A DNA stretch of 64,000 nt from Octopus vulgaris. Lineage: Eukaryota. Within the stretch, counting starts at the first letter, position 1. The number at the start of each line of letters is the position of its first letter. The position numbers and the translations under genes are program-made. This document shows positions 12,065 through 25,382 of the stretch, one piece after another. The stretch spans positions 40,300,001 to 40,364,000 of the forward strand of contig OX597829.1 of the NCBI GenBank assembly GCA_951406725.2. Direction: 5' to 3'. The notes under the pieces were generated by a model. The model saw nothing but the letters and a program-made list of their open reading frames with translations. It was not told where the DNA came from and did not search any database.

Positions 12065-12632
12065 TTTTTGATGGAGGTGGATGGGTGGAGGGAGTGCCAA
12101 GGTATTGTATATCAAAGGTTACAATATCCAGGGTGTACTTCTTTTATCATATTTTGAAAGAAATATTTTGCTGTTGTTTCTATAAGGTCAAGTGGCTATA
12201 CAGAGGCTTCCTTGATAACTTCATTTCATTTTTGTATAGTGTGATGGAATGTACTAAACAAGGCTGATGTATACATTTACAGGCTCTCACTTATGTAATG
12301 AGTTAAAAGATTTTAACTGAAATTATCTTTGCAATTAGTAGGTAAAAAATTTCCCTCTAAAAAACAATAATTTAGGATAATGTAGTCTTTTAAATATTAT
12401 GCACTGGTGTTTTAAAAAATTTAAAACCTTAGAATGTTCAAAAAAAAAATAGAAAAAAAAAATAAGAGAAAAGGGAGTTAACTGTAATAAGTGCCAGCTG
12501 AAATTTTGGAAATTATGGGAGTGGATTTGGTCATAAAAGTCAAATGTAGAAGTAACAGGCATGTTGTAGGTCATATTAGGCCTCAACAAAACATATTCTT
12601 TTTTTTTTTTTATCATCATTATTCAACATAAA

Positions 12633-12809
12633 TGCAGGAGCGGCTGTGTGGTTAGTAGCTTGCTTACCAACCACATGGTTCTGGGTTCAGCCCCACTGCA
12701 TGGCACCTTGGACAAGTGTCTTCTACTATAGCCTCAGGCCGACCAAAGCCTTGTGAGTGGATTTGGTCGACGGAAACTGAAAGAAGCCCGTCGTATATGT
12801 GTGTGTGTG

Positions 12810-12844
<35 letters not shown>

Positions 12845-13030
12845 CTGTATTTGTCCCCCCCCCCCAACATCACTTGACAACCGATGCTGGTGTGTTTATG
12901 TCCCCATAACTTAGCGGTTCGGAAATAGAGACTGATAGAATAAGTACTAGGTTTGATTTGCTCGACTAAAGGTGGTGCTCCAGCATGGCCGCAGTCAAAT
13001 GACTGAAACAAGTAAAAGAATAAAAGAATA
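12633..13030 (+). mobile_element. SINE family B
   Basis: Head, internal microsatellite and AAGTAAAAGAATAAAAGAAT tail. Confidence 0.9.
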
Positions 13031-13099
13031 TGGTTTTCGTGATGGCATGGAATATATATATATGGATAATTATTAATTTTTGTAGGTATATAAAAAGTA

Positions 13100-13240
13100 C
13101 AGGTGTAGCTGTATGGTAAGAAGTTTGCTTTCCAACATGATTGTCTCAGGTTCAGTCCTACTGTGTAGCACCTTGAGGAAGTGTCTTCTTAGTATCAAGC
13201 TGGATTTGGTAGATGGAAACTGAAAGAAACCTGTCATGTT
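13100..13240 (+). mobile_element. SINE family B, degenerate 5' part
   Basis: GGTGTAGCTGTATGGTAAGAAG...GGATTTGGTAGATGGAAACTGAAAG. Confidence 0.7.
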
Positions 13241-13263
13241 GTAGTGTATATAATATATATACA

Positions 13264-13421
13264 GGTGCAGGAGTGTCTATGGTAAGTAGCTTACTTACCA
13301 ACCACATGGTTCTGGGTTCAGTCCCACTGTGTGACACCTGGGCAAGTGTCTTCTATTTTAGCCTCAGGCTGACCACTAAATCCTTGTGAGTGGATATAGT
13401 AGATGGAAACTGAAAGAAGAC

Positions 13422-13477
<56 letters not shown>

Positions 13478-13945
13478 ACATATATATATATTCTATATTA
13501 ATTATATTTATATTATTTGTTATTGATGTATTGGTTTACGTCTATCACTGTTTGAGTTGCATAATAGTGGTTTTATCTCTAATTTATATTTCATATATTT
13601 ATACTGTGAAATTTGATTTAATACTAAATTGAATTTTTCCCTGTAAGTTTGGAGTTATACTCCCTAATATCATTATTATTATGATATATATATATATATG
13701 TATGTATGTATGTATATATGATGTGTGTGTATATGTTTGTGTGTCAGTGTTTGTCCCTCCACCATTGCTTGACAACAGATATTAGTGTGTTTACGTCCCC
13801 ATAGCTTAGTGGTTCGGCAAAAGAGACCAGTAGAATAAATACTAGGCTTACAAAGAATAAGTCCTGGGGTTGATTTGCTCATCTAAAGGTGGTGCTTCAG
13901 CATGGCCACAGTCAAATGACTGAAACCAGTAAAAGAATAAGAGAA
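13264..13945 (+). mobile_element. SINE family B with an insertion in its internal (TA)n
   Basis: 5' half to about 13428, 3' half from about 13700, with an AT-rich insert between. Confidence 0.85.
13490..13685 (+). mobile_element. PLE-type 3' tail fragment inside SINE B microsatellite
   Basis: AATAGTGGTTTTATCTCTAATTT...GAATTTTTCCCTGTAAGTT is reverse-complementary to sequence at 9481-9505 and 16020-16045. Confidence 0.6.
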
Positions 13946-14625
13946 TTAAAGATTGTGTGTGTGATATTGTCTTTTTATCTTGACTTTATGTGATAGTTGT
14001 AAATGGATGTCACCATCCTGCAAGCTGTGTCCTCTGTTTCATTCTTCCATCAAAACATGTCTGGCTGTGAGGAAATATTACCTTACTCGGAAATAGGTGA
14101 TGGTTGGCAACAGGAAGGGCATCTGGTAGCAGGAAATCCTTTCCAATGAATTCCATGTAACTCATCTGAGTATGGAAATGTGAATGCTAAAATGATGGAG
14201 ATAATGTTGGAGCATGATTTTTCAGAAGTTTTGGCTGCTATTTCTACCGATTAAGTAACCATGTAGAGAGATTCCTTGGCAGCAGTCATGGCAAAAGTAG
14301 TGTAGAAGTAGTCATGCTGAAGTGATAGTGATCGTTGGCAGCAGCTATAATTGTAGTCATGGTAACAACAGTGGAGGTACAGGTAGTCTTTAAGATACCA
14401 GCAGTGGCCATCTTCGAGGTACTATTGGTGCATTTGAAAAAAAAAAAAAAATCTCCTCAACTGTATGCACAAAGAAAAATTGAGAAATGTGTGTATATGT
14501 GTAGCTATTTTTTGTGTGTGTGTGAATGTTTGTCAGTCAGTAACTGTGTTTTTCTTTGATATTTATTGGAAATTTCTTGGGGAACTTAAAGTTCTTTGCA
14601 GAATTCAAGCCAGTCTTAAGTAAAT

Positions 14626-14670
14626 GTGTTTGTGTTTGTGTGTGTGTGTGTGTGTGTGTGATGTATATAT

Positions 14671-14703
<33 letters not shown>

Positions 14704-14717
14704 AATGTATGTATATG

Positions 14718-14750
<33 letters not shown>

Positions 14751-14822
14751 AAATGTATGTATATGTATATATATATGTATATATATATATATATAAAATG
14801 TATGTATATGTATATATATATG

Positions 14823-14853
<31 letters not shown>

Positions 14854-14879
14854 ATATGTATATATATATATATATGTAT

Positions 14880-14925
<46 letters not shown>

Positions 14926-15084
14926 ATATATGTACATATATATGTATATATATATGTATATATATGTATGTATGTATATATATGTATATGTACATATATA
15001 TGTATATATATGTATATATATATATATGTATGTATGTATATATATGTATATATATATATATGTATGTATGTATATATATGTATA

Positions 15085-15165
<81 letters not shown>

Positions 15166-15266
15166 GTATATGTATATATATATGTATATATATATGTATA
15201 TATATATATGTATATATATGTATATATATGTATATATATATATATATATGTATGTATATATATATG

Positions 15267-15317
<51 letters not shown>
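14626..15317. repeat. About 690-bp compound (TG)n/(TA)n/(TATG)n microsatellite
   Basis: Seen directly. Source of the spurious YI/IY ORFs. Confidence 0.97.
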
Positions 15318-15320
<3 letters not shown>

Positions 15321-15354
15321 CATGTAGGTACATACATGCATGTATATGTGTACT

Positions 15355-15644
15355 CAGGGGCATAGCTAGGGTAAGGCGAGCAGGGTTCATGCTCTGAGCG
15401 CCACTTTGAGAAGGGCAATTTGAGGCCAAGATCATATTCTAATTAAGCCATTAGAGAATATTTTTTTTAATCTTTTCAAGCATGGTTTGTTTAGCTTATT
15501 GTCATCCATGCCACTAGACAGAATAGGTGTTCTTACTTGACCTCACAAAATGCATGCACTGACCCCGCTGGTTGGAGTGGGGGAGAGTTTGGATGCAATT
15601 TTTATGCTTGCGCTGGGAGCCATTTACCCTAGCTATGTCCCCTG
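15355..15644. mobile_element. hAT-like MITE
   Basis: TIR CAGGGGCATAGCTAGGGTAA / TTACCCTAGCTATGTCCCCTG. Near 8-bp TSD TGTGTACT / GCTGTACT. Confidence 0.8.
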
Positions 15645-15714
15645 GCTGTACTTACACTCATAAGATGAGTGTGCATGTTGTTTAGCTACATAAGTTGTGT
15701 GATTACTTTTTATA

Positions 15715-15911
15715 TATCTTCTACATGTTTCAGCCATTGAGCTGTGGCCATGCTGGAGTGCTACGTTGAAGAGTTTTAGTCAGATGAATTCATTTAAAGC
15801 CTAGCACTTATCCCATTGATCTCTGTTGCTGAACTGCTCAGTTATGGGTCATAAAACCAACACTGGTTGTGAAGCAGTGGTTGAGGACAAACACAAAGAT
15901 ACATACAGCTG

Positions 15912-15973
<62 letters not shown>

Positions 15974-16317
15974 AATAATAATAATAATAATAATAATAAT
16001 TTGAGGGAATATTATTCCTAACTTACAGGGAAAAATTCAATTTAGAAATACTAAATCAAATTTTACAAAATATAATATATATATAAAAATTAGAAAAAAA
16101 CACCTTTTATCAATTCAAAATGAACAATAAAATTACACCATCTAGAAAATTACATATAATAGAAATATAGAAATTAAAATCATAATAAAATACCGATGAT
16201 TAAGTAAATTGCAAAATAATAATAAAAACGTTTTTATTATTATTTTGCAATTTACTTAATCATCGGTATTTTATTATGATTTTATTTTTTATATTATATG
16301 TAATTTTCTAGATGGTG

Positions 16318-16389
<72 letters not shown>

Positions 16390-16454
16390 AAATGTCCAAC
16401 AAACGGGAACTTGGAACTCTGAGTCACAGCTTTCTGTGACGTATTTGTAGCTTT

Positions 16455-16499
<45 letters not shown>

Positions 16500-16660
16500 A
16501 TGCTTCCTCATAGTTTTTAGCTACCAAATTCACTCCCATAGCATTGATTGGCCTGAGGCTGTAGTAGAAGACACTTGCCAAAAGTACCATGCAGTGGGAC
16601 TGAACCCAGAACCAGAGTTGCAAAGTGAATTAGTTACCCACACAGCCACACCTGCACCTA
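15715..16660 (-). mobile_element. Degenerate SINE B with inserts in its internal (TA)n
   Basis: Tail part 15715-15905 and head part 16497-16660 flank (TA)n tracts and a palindromic insert. Confidence 0.75.
15972..16322 (-). mobile_element. PLE-type fold-back remnant with about 190-bp palindrome
   Basis: Arms 16131-16229 and 16230-16322 centred on AAAAAC|GTTTTT. One-sided tail of the 13490-type family. Confidence 0.75.
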
Positions 16661-17327
16661 TAGGCTCCTGTGTGTGCAGTTAGTTTGTGTGTGTATGTTA
16701 TTTAGTACATGCTTCAATGCATGTATGGGTTCAGCTACGATAATAAAAGCAAAATTCTGTCCATCTGGGACCCCTGTATTTGGCTTCTGAACATCCAACA
16801 TTGGGATCTGGTTTGAAAACATTTTGGTTGCTATGTCTAGCAGGTAAAGCTTGTCCAATTCACTCTGTTTTGGTTGGCATTTGTCAGATGATAATAAAAA
16901 TCAAGGGAGAGATAAATGACATTCACTTCGTTGCTTTCACATCAAGATAAGAACTTTGGGACAAATTGGCCAACGGTTGGAATTCGACTTGGGACAGGAA
17001 CAGTAGAATGATTGCAGTACAGAATTAATTCTCATCTATCCTTAACCTCTGATCAAAGAGCACCGGGGTATTTAGTCATAAATAGATGTATTATAGTCAT
17101 GCTATTTAGCTCCCTTTAGTTTTGGGTTACAGTCCCAATTAGCCCTTCACAGGTACTAGCTTAAAAGTATGCATGGAGTGCGGCTTTTAAGCAGGTTCTT
17201 GATAAAGCTCAAATGAAGTGTTTTGGGAACTTTCGTTTTTCCACTAATCTTCACTGTACCATTGTTCATTTATCAATTGCATCAGATTTGGAGATTGAGA
17301 TTAAACTTGTTTTGTTCTTTCATTATT

Positions 17328-17697
17328 GAGAGGTGGTTGGATGGAACCTACACTCGCCCCCTTATGAGAGCTCAAAATCTCTCGTGGAAGTGTCATCCAA
17401 CCAAAATGCAAATATATGGGAAACTACCACCTGTGTCATCTCTTGTGAAAGGTAGGAGAGTCCAGTTTGCTGGACATTGTTGTAGAGCTGAAAATAAGGT
17501 AATTTCTACTCTTCTCCTCCGAAAGCCATCTGCTCGCGATACCAGAGGGTGCACACTCTCCTACCCTGATGTAATCTCCAGGGATACAGGCATCCAGCAA
17601 CAGGACCTCTGTAATGCTATGATGGACTGTGAAGTCTGGCGTAGCATAGTAAATTTCATTGTCTCGACCACGGTCGAACAATGATGATGATGATGAT
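17328..17697 (+). mobile_element. RTE-clade LINE 3' fragment (family D)
   Basis: LDGTYTRPLMRAQNLSWK...RRVQFAGHCCR...VSTTVEQ* then (GAT)n. TSD TCTTTCAT. Confidence 0.9.
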
Positions 17698-18052
17698 CTT
17701 TCATGGTAAAAGCCCCAACATTTCTAGTCTTTCTATGTAAATCTGGTGTTACATATCCCTGTGTGTCTCTGATGGATGCTAGAATAGAAAAGAAAATCTA
17801 TGGCCATTTTGGTGGGGGATATTCCAGCAAAAACAATAACCTGGTGCCAGCACGAGAGACATATTATTGTTCCTTGGCTGTAGAACGCCATCTGTCTGTT
17901 GAGCTGGCAGAAATGTTAGCACGCTGGGCGAAATGCTCAGCAGTATTTCATCTGTCGCTACGTTCTGAGTTCAAATTCCACCAAGGAACATGTACATATA
18001 GCAGGTATGCACACAGACACACACACAAACGTGTATATATGTATGTGTATGG

Positions 18053-18090
<38 letters not shown>

Positions 18091-18099
18091 ATGTATGAA

Positions 18100-18332
18100 G
18101 GTGGCAAGCTGGCAGAAACGTTAGCACGTCGGGTGAAATGCTTAGCGGCATTTCGTCTGCCGTTACGTTCTGAGTTCAAATTCCGCCAAGGTCAACTTTG
18201 CCTTTCATACTTTCGGGGTTGATAAATAAAGTACCAGTTTCACACTGGGGTCGATGTAATCGACTTAATCCGTTTGTCTGTCCTTGATTGTCCCCTCTAC
18301 GTTTAGCCCCTTGTGGGCAATAAAGAAATAAT
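18100..18332 (+). mobile_element. SINE family A (a partial head also at 17900-17986)
   Basis: Full head, core and tail. Confidence 0.9.
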
Positions 18333-18823
18333 ATTTGCACTAGATAACTGCTTTTGCTGGAATGTTCCGTCTGTGTTCCTCATTTTCCAGTTATTTCTTA
18401 TTTAATTCTTCATTTCTAACATTCCGGTTCTGGTATGTCTTTTCTATGTCATGTGCAAGCAGGTATACTTGTGTATCTGTGTGGCAGAGTATATATGTGT
18501 GTGCATGTATGTGTGGAGGTTGTGTGTGTGTGGTTAGTTATGCAAGCATGTATCAGTATGCATGGAGGTATATGTGTGTATGTGAATACATGTAGATATG
18601 AATGTGTGTGGGGTATACATGTGTGTGTGTGTGTGTGTATGGATATGTATGTATGTATAAGTGTGTGTGTGTGTATACATATATGTGTGTGAGGATATAC
18701 ATGTGTATAGATGTATATATACAAGTACACCCTCACATGTGGGAGTCTACATGTACATATGACTATATGGCAGGTATGCACGCAGACACACACAAACGTG
18801 TATATATATATGTGTGTGTATGG

Positions 18824-19048
18824 GTCAGCAAGCTGGCAGAAACGTTAGCATGCGGGGCGAAATGCTTAGCGGTATTTCATCTGTTGTTACGTTCTGAGTT
18901 CAAATTCCGCCGAGGTCAACTTTGCCTTTCATCCTTTCGGGCTCGATAAATAAAGTACCAGTTTCACATTGGAGTCAATGTAATCGACTTAATCCCTGTC
19001 CTTGTTTGTCCCCTCTATGTTTACCCCCTTGTGGGCAGTAAAGAAATA
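18824..19048 (+). mobile_element. SINE family A
   Basis: Full head, core and tail. Confidence 0.9.
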
Positions 19049-19057
19049 TATATATAT

Positions 19058-19243
19058 ATCATCATCATCATCATCATCGTTTAACGTCCGTTTTCCGCGC
19101 TAGCACGGGTTGGACGGTTTGACCGGGGTCTGGGAAGCCAGAGGCCGCTCCAGGCTCCAGTCTGATCTGGCAGAGTTTCTACGGCTGGATGCCCTTCCTA
19201 ACGCCAACCACTCCGCGAGTGGAGTGGGTGCTTTTTACGTGCC

Positions 19244-19245
<2 letters not shown>
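19058..19245 (-). mobile_element. Family C retroposon, 5'-truncated
   Basis: (ATC)n GTTTAACGTCCG ... GGTGCTTTTTACGTGCCA. Confidence 0.85.
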
Positions 19246-19275
<30 letters not shown>

Positions 19276-19946
19276 GGATGTATGAATATCTAGATAGCAC
19301 CATGGTAAGATGTGGCATGCGTATGACTGTGTGTGTGTGTGTTAATTCATATCAGGAGAATGAGAAAAAAGAAAATCTTATGTTGCAAGAGACGTTCCTA
19401 GTTTACTGACTAACCTCGGCATAATTTGTCTTTGTTGTTAGAATCACCACACTGTGGTGATTCTTAGAAGTGTTACAGTAGATATTCAGATATCCACTCA
19501 ATTACAAAGATATCTCTGCTCTAAGAACTCATGTTTACCACCACAGAAATACCTAACTTTTCTTTCTCTCTCTCTCCCCACCATCTCTCTCTCTCTCTCT
19601 CTCTCCCCACCATCTCTCACTCTCTCTCTCTCTCTCTCTCTCTTTCATTATTTTCTTCATTCTTTCTATTTGTACTTATTATTGTACTCACCCCCTTCAC
19701 CACTTGTACACTTCCTTCTGTCTATCTTTCTATCTTTCTTTCTCTTTATCTACTTTTCGTACCTATCTCTGTTTCTCTCTGTACCTTTATCATTTTCTCT
19801 CTCTCTCCCTTCTAGTTTTCGTTCCTTCATCATACCACAAGTGTCTTTCTCTAACTCACACTGTATAGATAACCTCTTATCCTGCTTTTCTTTCTTATTC
19901 ACTTTATTTGCAGCTTCTCTCATTTCTTCAACTTCTAAACTTTCTC

Positions 19947-20020
<74 letters not shown>

Positions 20021-21329
20021 CACACTTGTATCCTTTTCCTAAAGAATTTGATCCAAGCATGACACCTACAGCTGCTGTGAACCAACTACAAAGAGTGCAT
20101 GCATGGTCAACACAAACTGCTAGAAACAACAAATAAATCTTCAAACCCCACCCTGCAGCTTCAAAATAAAATGAAATAAATTAATAAAATGGTTGGTCGC
20201 ATTAGGTTTTGCAATCCTACATACATTATCTGAAAAAATACAGGGTGGTCATAATTGGAAATTTTTTTACCAAAATGTCCGAAGAATCAGACCTGACCAG
20301 TAACTAAACCAAAGAACCATGCCTGATGTTGTTGCTACTAAAAGTACAGTGTCCCAGAACTTTAGATTCTCGTAGTGGGCTCTCAACTATTCAAACCCAT
20401 CATCAGTTTTTCTTTACAGGTCATTTCTCTCTTGCAATGCTGTTTGTCTGTCTGCTAAAGAGTGCCTGGTGCCTTTCATCTTAACACTGAGTCATCTAGG
20501 CCTCTGACTCAGAACTGAATTTTTTGTGCATTGGTTGGTTCATTGGGGTAAGGAGAAACGCTACCATCACCATGCTCTCACTTAACCCTTCAACATTCAA
20601 ATTATTCTATCAAACGTTAATTCTTTTTTATTCACTTGTTTTGAATTACTCTTTAACTCTTTTACTTGTTTCAATCATTTGACTGTGGCCATGCTTGAGC
20701 ACTGCCTTAAAGGGTTTTAGTTGAAGAAATCAACCCCAGAACTTATTCTTTTATAAGCCTAATAATTATTCCATTGGTCCCTTTTGCTGATCTGCTAAGT
20801 TACGGAGACATAAACACACCAGCATCTATTGTCAAGCAATTGTCCCAGAATCCCTTGCACCTATGAGCCAAGTGTGTTGTGAACACGTTATCACTGTAAA
20901 AGGTAGAAGTTGTTATCATGACATACACAACAACAACTAGCATATTTTTGTTTAAATCTATCTGATTATATTAAGAATACATATGCAAATCATTTCAGAT
21001 CTCACTGCTCACAGTGTAAATAATGATTTCTTTTTTATCAGTTGGCAGATACCAACACTGATCAGTAAACAGTTCGTTTGGTGAAATTATAAACAAAACC
21101 GATTGTATTTTTTAGACTCAGAAGTCTGGGTGCTTCTGGCTGATGAAACACTGGTGTCTCTGAATCCTCTGCATTAATGAGCCAAGTGCATTATGAATGC
21201 ATTATCATTGTAAAAAGTAGCTGCTGTTATGTGACATACACAACAATGGCTTGCTTATTTTCTTTCAAATGTGATTGAGCCTATTAAAACTACATATGCA
21301 AATCATGAAGGTAAAACAAAGTGCTTAAT

Positions 21330-21451
21330 CGATCCCAAAAGGTTGAAAGGCAAAGTCAAACTTGGCAGAATTTGAACTCAGAACATAAGAATGGGCAATA
21401 TGCAGCTAAGCATTTTGCCAAGCATGCTAACAATTCTGCAAGTTTGCTGCC

Positions 21452-21452
<1 letters not shown>
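21330..21452 (-). mobile_element. SINE A fragment (another at 21995-22130)
   Basis: GAAAGGCAAAGTC..GAATTTGAACTCAGAAC, with (AAT)n adjoining. Confidence 0.7.
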
Positions 21453-21502
<50 letters not shown>

Positions 21503-21503
21503 T

Positions 21504-21950
21504 AGGCGCAGGAGTAGCTGTGTGGTAAGTAGCTTGCTAACCAACCACATGGTTCCGGGTTCAGTCCCACTGCGTGGCATCTTGGGCAAGTGTCTTCTGC
21601 TATAGCCCCGGGCCAACCAATGCCTTGTGAGTGGATTTGTGAGATGATAATAAAAATCAAGAGGGAGATAAATGACATATATATGTGGATTTGGGAGACG
21701 GAAACTGAAAGAAGCCTGTCGTATATATGTATATATATGTATATATGTGTGTGTGTTTGTGTGTGTGTGTTTGTCCCCCTAGCATTGCTTGACAACCGAC
21801 GCTGGTGTGTTTACATCCCCATTACTTAGCGGTTCGGCAAAAGAGACCGATAGAATAAGTCCCGGGGTCGATTTGCTCGACTAAAGGCCATGCTCCAGCA
21901 TGGCCGCAGTCAAATGACTGAAACAAGTAAAAGAGTAAAAGAGAGAGAGA
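21504..21950 (+). mobile_element. SINE family B with a 45-bp internal insert
   Basis: Full-length consensus interrupted at 21640-21684 between GTGGATTTG direct repeats. Confidence 0.9.
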
Positions 21951-22358
21951 GAGTAATCCTTTCTACAAAAGGCACAAGGCCAATTTCACTGGTATCTATC
22001 AAACCTGAAAGGATGAAAGGGGAAAGTCGACCTCGGCGTCGGCGGAATTTGAACTCAGAACATACAGGCAGATGAAATATTGCTGAGCATTTTGTCCAGT
22101 GTGCTAACGATTCTGCCAGCTCACCGCATTAATAATAATAATAATAACAACAATAATAATAATAATAATAATAATGGTTTCAAACTTTAGCACAACCAGC
22201 AATTTGGGGGCAGTGGGGGGTGGGGAGTGATCAGTTAAATAATAAAATCCTTAGAGGGAAATTGATTTAACAGATGTTATTGTCAGGAATGTAGTACTAG
22301 TGAATCCAAAGTCTTTAGTGATGTGACACTACCACCACTACTATCACCACCACCACCA

Positions 22359-22393
<35 letters not shown>

Positions 22394-23964
22394 TTACAAT
22401 CACCACCACATTACCATTACGCTCTTCATTTAACAGATGTTATTGTCATGAATATGGTGGAGTGTATCCAAAGACGCAGTACTCAAAATATTTACGTAAA
22501 TGGTATTGTTATTGCCAGGAATGTGACACATGTAAAATCAACAGTGATGTTGTTGTCTGTGGCTTAGGATAAGAGCTAATCAGCATGTGTATGTGTTTAC
22601 ATGTAAACTGTGTGGCAAAATGAAAAAAAACACAAGTAAACTTATTAGAGTGTCTAATTAAGAGTTTTAAAAACTAAAATTTAATTTTATTTCTAAAATA
22701 AATGTTTTTTTTTTTTTTTTTTTTTGTAAATAAAGTTTTCCTTGGTCTTCAATAATTTTATTGAATGAAAATTATTATTTCTCTCGAAAAGTGAATAGTG
22801 AATGAAAGTTATATGAAATAATTTTAAATGAAGTCAAATTTGCAAATTTTTAAAAATTATTTTTTCAAGAATATTTTGTAGAATTTTTTTTTTTTGTTTT
22901 ACCTTTATATATTTATTTATTTTTTTTTTTTTTAGTTTTGATTTATAAATTTGTATTTTGTTCCTAAAATACAAGAAGAGCAATTTTTCTTTTTTTTTTT
23001 TCTCCATTGCAAAGAAGATAAATTATCACCTGAAGATAACTTGTTCACACCTTGTCGTCGACACTTGCAGACTGATTTACTGAAAATATTAAAAAAAATT
23101 TTTTTTTTATTATTTGAATTAGGTGTCTTTCTTTTTTAAAAAAAAAGAAATGTCAAATCAGATATGAAGATGTCACAAAAAAAAAAAGTTTAAGAAATAA
23201 TAATGATAAAAATTAACCAATAATGAAATTTAATTAGTTTCCTTCAGAACAAACTTGTGAGGTTCCAGTTACAGGGGACTATGTCAAAATACATATACTG
23301 TATGGATATCCCTATGCTTGACATAGGGATATTCATAGGTCACATGACCTTACATCTACCCACAAATACAGATATGGACAAGGTTTTTATTTTTATGAAC
23401 CACGAGCAGTTGACTATCTCAGTGAAGGTCTGTTGATTTGGGCCAATACAGATTGGTACACGTGTGGTTGCAGGCATTGCTGCGAAAATGCGAAGAGCTG
23501 GAACAGATACTACAGGGCATTTTGCCCAACCCACCAAAAATTTAGTCCATCCACTGCTATTATATTAGACTAGCACTATGACCCGGCAATGCCAGGTCAT
23601 AGTGCTAATGCATGCATATACAGCTGCGTGCATGTGCACATACACGCGAGTACTGTCCAAATCTCCGACCAATCACATACAGCTAGCTGGCATTCAATTG
23701 GCATATCAAGTTTCGGGCATTTTGATTGGGTTTTGGATAGAAAATTCACAAAAAAGTCACTTCTATTGACTTTTTAATGGCTTTGCAGGGTGACTGGGGA
23801 AATGTAAAGATGTGCACGACCACCCTTGGACGATTTTGAATGACCATAGGAAGTGTGAGCCCTCTAGCTGAAACATTGTGGATTTGTATAAAGGACACGC
23901 GCGTGTACACACACACAGACACACACACACACAGACATTTTGCCATTTATATATATATAGAGAT

Positions 23965-24570
23965 TATCTTTTCTCTTATTTCACTAATATTAGGATGTGG
24001 CTATGCTGGGACGCCACCTTGGAAACTTTTACTCAAACAAATCAACCCAATACTTCCTTAATTTTTTAAAGCCTGATACTTCTGTCAGTTTCTTTTGTTG
24101 AGCCACTAAGTTACTGTGACAAAAACACCCCAACACTAGTTGTCAAGTAGTGGTGGGAGACTCTCACACATGCACACACAATGGGCTTTTTTCGGCTTTT
24201 GTCTGCCAAATCCACTCACTTTTCCAATCAGCACATCATCATCATCATTATCATCATCATCATCGTTTAACATCCGCTTTCCATGGGTTGGACGATTTGA
24301 CTGAGGGCTGGTGAACCAGATGGTAGCACCAGGCTCCAATCTGATCTGGCAGAGTTTCTACAGCTGGATGCCCTTCCTAACGCCAACCACTCCTACTACT
24401 ATTTACGTATTTGTGTCTGTTCAACTCTCTCTCTCTCTCTCTTTCAATGCATGCACGATTGGTCATCCTGATATTGTAGTAGAAGACACTTGCCCAAGGT
24501 ACCATGCTGTGGGACTGAACCTGTAACCATGTGGTTGCAAAGCAAGCTTATTACTGCACAACCACAGCCC
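23965..24570 (-). mobile_element. Degenerate SINE B interrupted by family C (24236-24395)
   Basis: SINE B tail and head pieces flank an (ATC)n GTTTAACATCCGC family C segment. Confidence 0.65.
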
Positions 24571-25349
24571 CCCCCCACCACCACCACCACCATTTAGAAA
24601 CACTAAGTTATGATTTCATGTATTCCTCAAATTTATAATTTTCCTTATTTGCTTCACAATATTCATAGCTATTTCTGTTGGGCAGTACTCTGTGTTTGTT
24701 TATTTGTGCCTTTCATGAGTATCATGAAATGTATTGGAATTGATAATTTTATGCTTTTATATAACTAGCTAAAATGCATTATCAACATTATCTCCACCAC
24801 CACCATCATTGTTTTATGTCCATCTTCCATGGAAGAAAGAACCAACTTGATCTGTGATCAAGTTAGTTCTTATTCAGAGTTGCTATCTTCTCAATCAGAT
24901 TAGTGGACCGTATCTCACTCATCTGATTCCAGTTTGGCCTTGTTTCTGTTCCTACTGCTGGATACCCTTCCTATCCCACCAACAACTTCTCGGAGTGATA
25001 CTGAGTGCATTTTATCTTGGCACCAGCATTGGAGTGGTTGTCATGCCCTCAACAACCCTAATGTTATGTATTTTGATAACACCAACTGCATTGATCTCAT
25101 CAGTGTTGCAGCATCTGCGAAGGCCTTGGGCACAGGTCCTTTCTCAAGACTAAAATGTTAAATGAAACAACTAAAAGAAGAATGATATCTAAGATCAACA
25201 TGAAGCTGAGCAGCATTTGTAGTTGATTAAATCAACCCCAGTTATTGGATTTAACTTATTTTATCGACCCTGGAGGTATGAAAGCCAAAGTATGCGTACA
25301 AGTGTGTTTGTGAGTATGCATATCTCTCTCTCATTCTCACTCCCCACTG

Positions 25350-25382
<33 letters not shown>

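Noticed and set aside
14537-15435. Long ORFs (up to 293 aa) in all frames
   Set aside because: Translations of (TA)n/(TG)n microsatellite. The same applies to ORFs at 49568-50347, 54184-54613 and 57042-58346.
17223-17684. 153-aa ORF, with similar ones at 26147, 30662 and 37274, as a host gene family
   Set aside because: 5'-truncated RTE LINE C-termini with (GAT)n tails, most with TSDs.
19454-20062. 202-aa hydrophobic ORF
   Set aside because: Derived from (CT)n and (CA)n low-complexity sequence.
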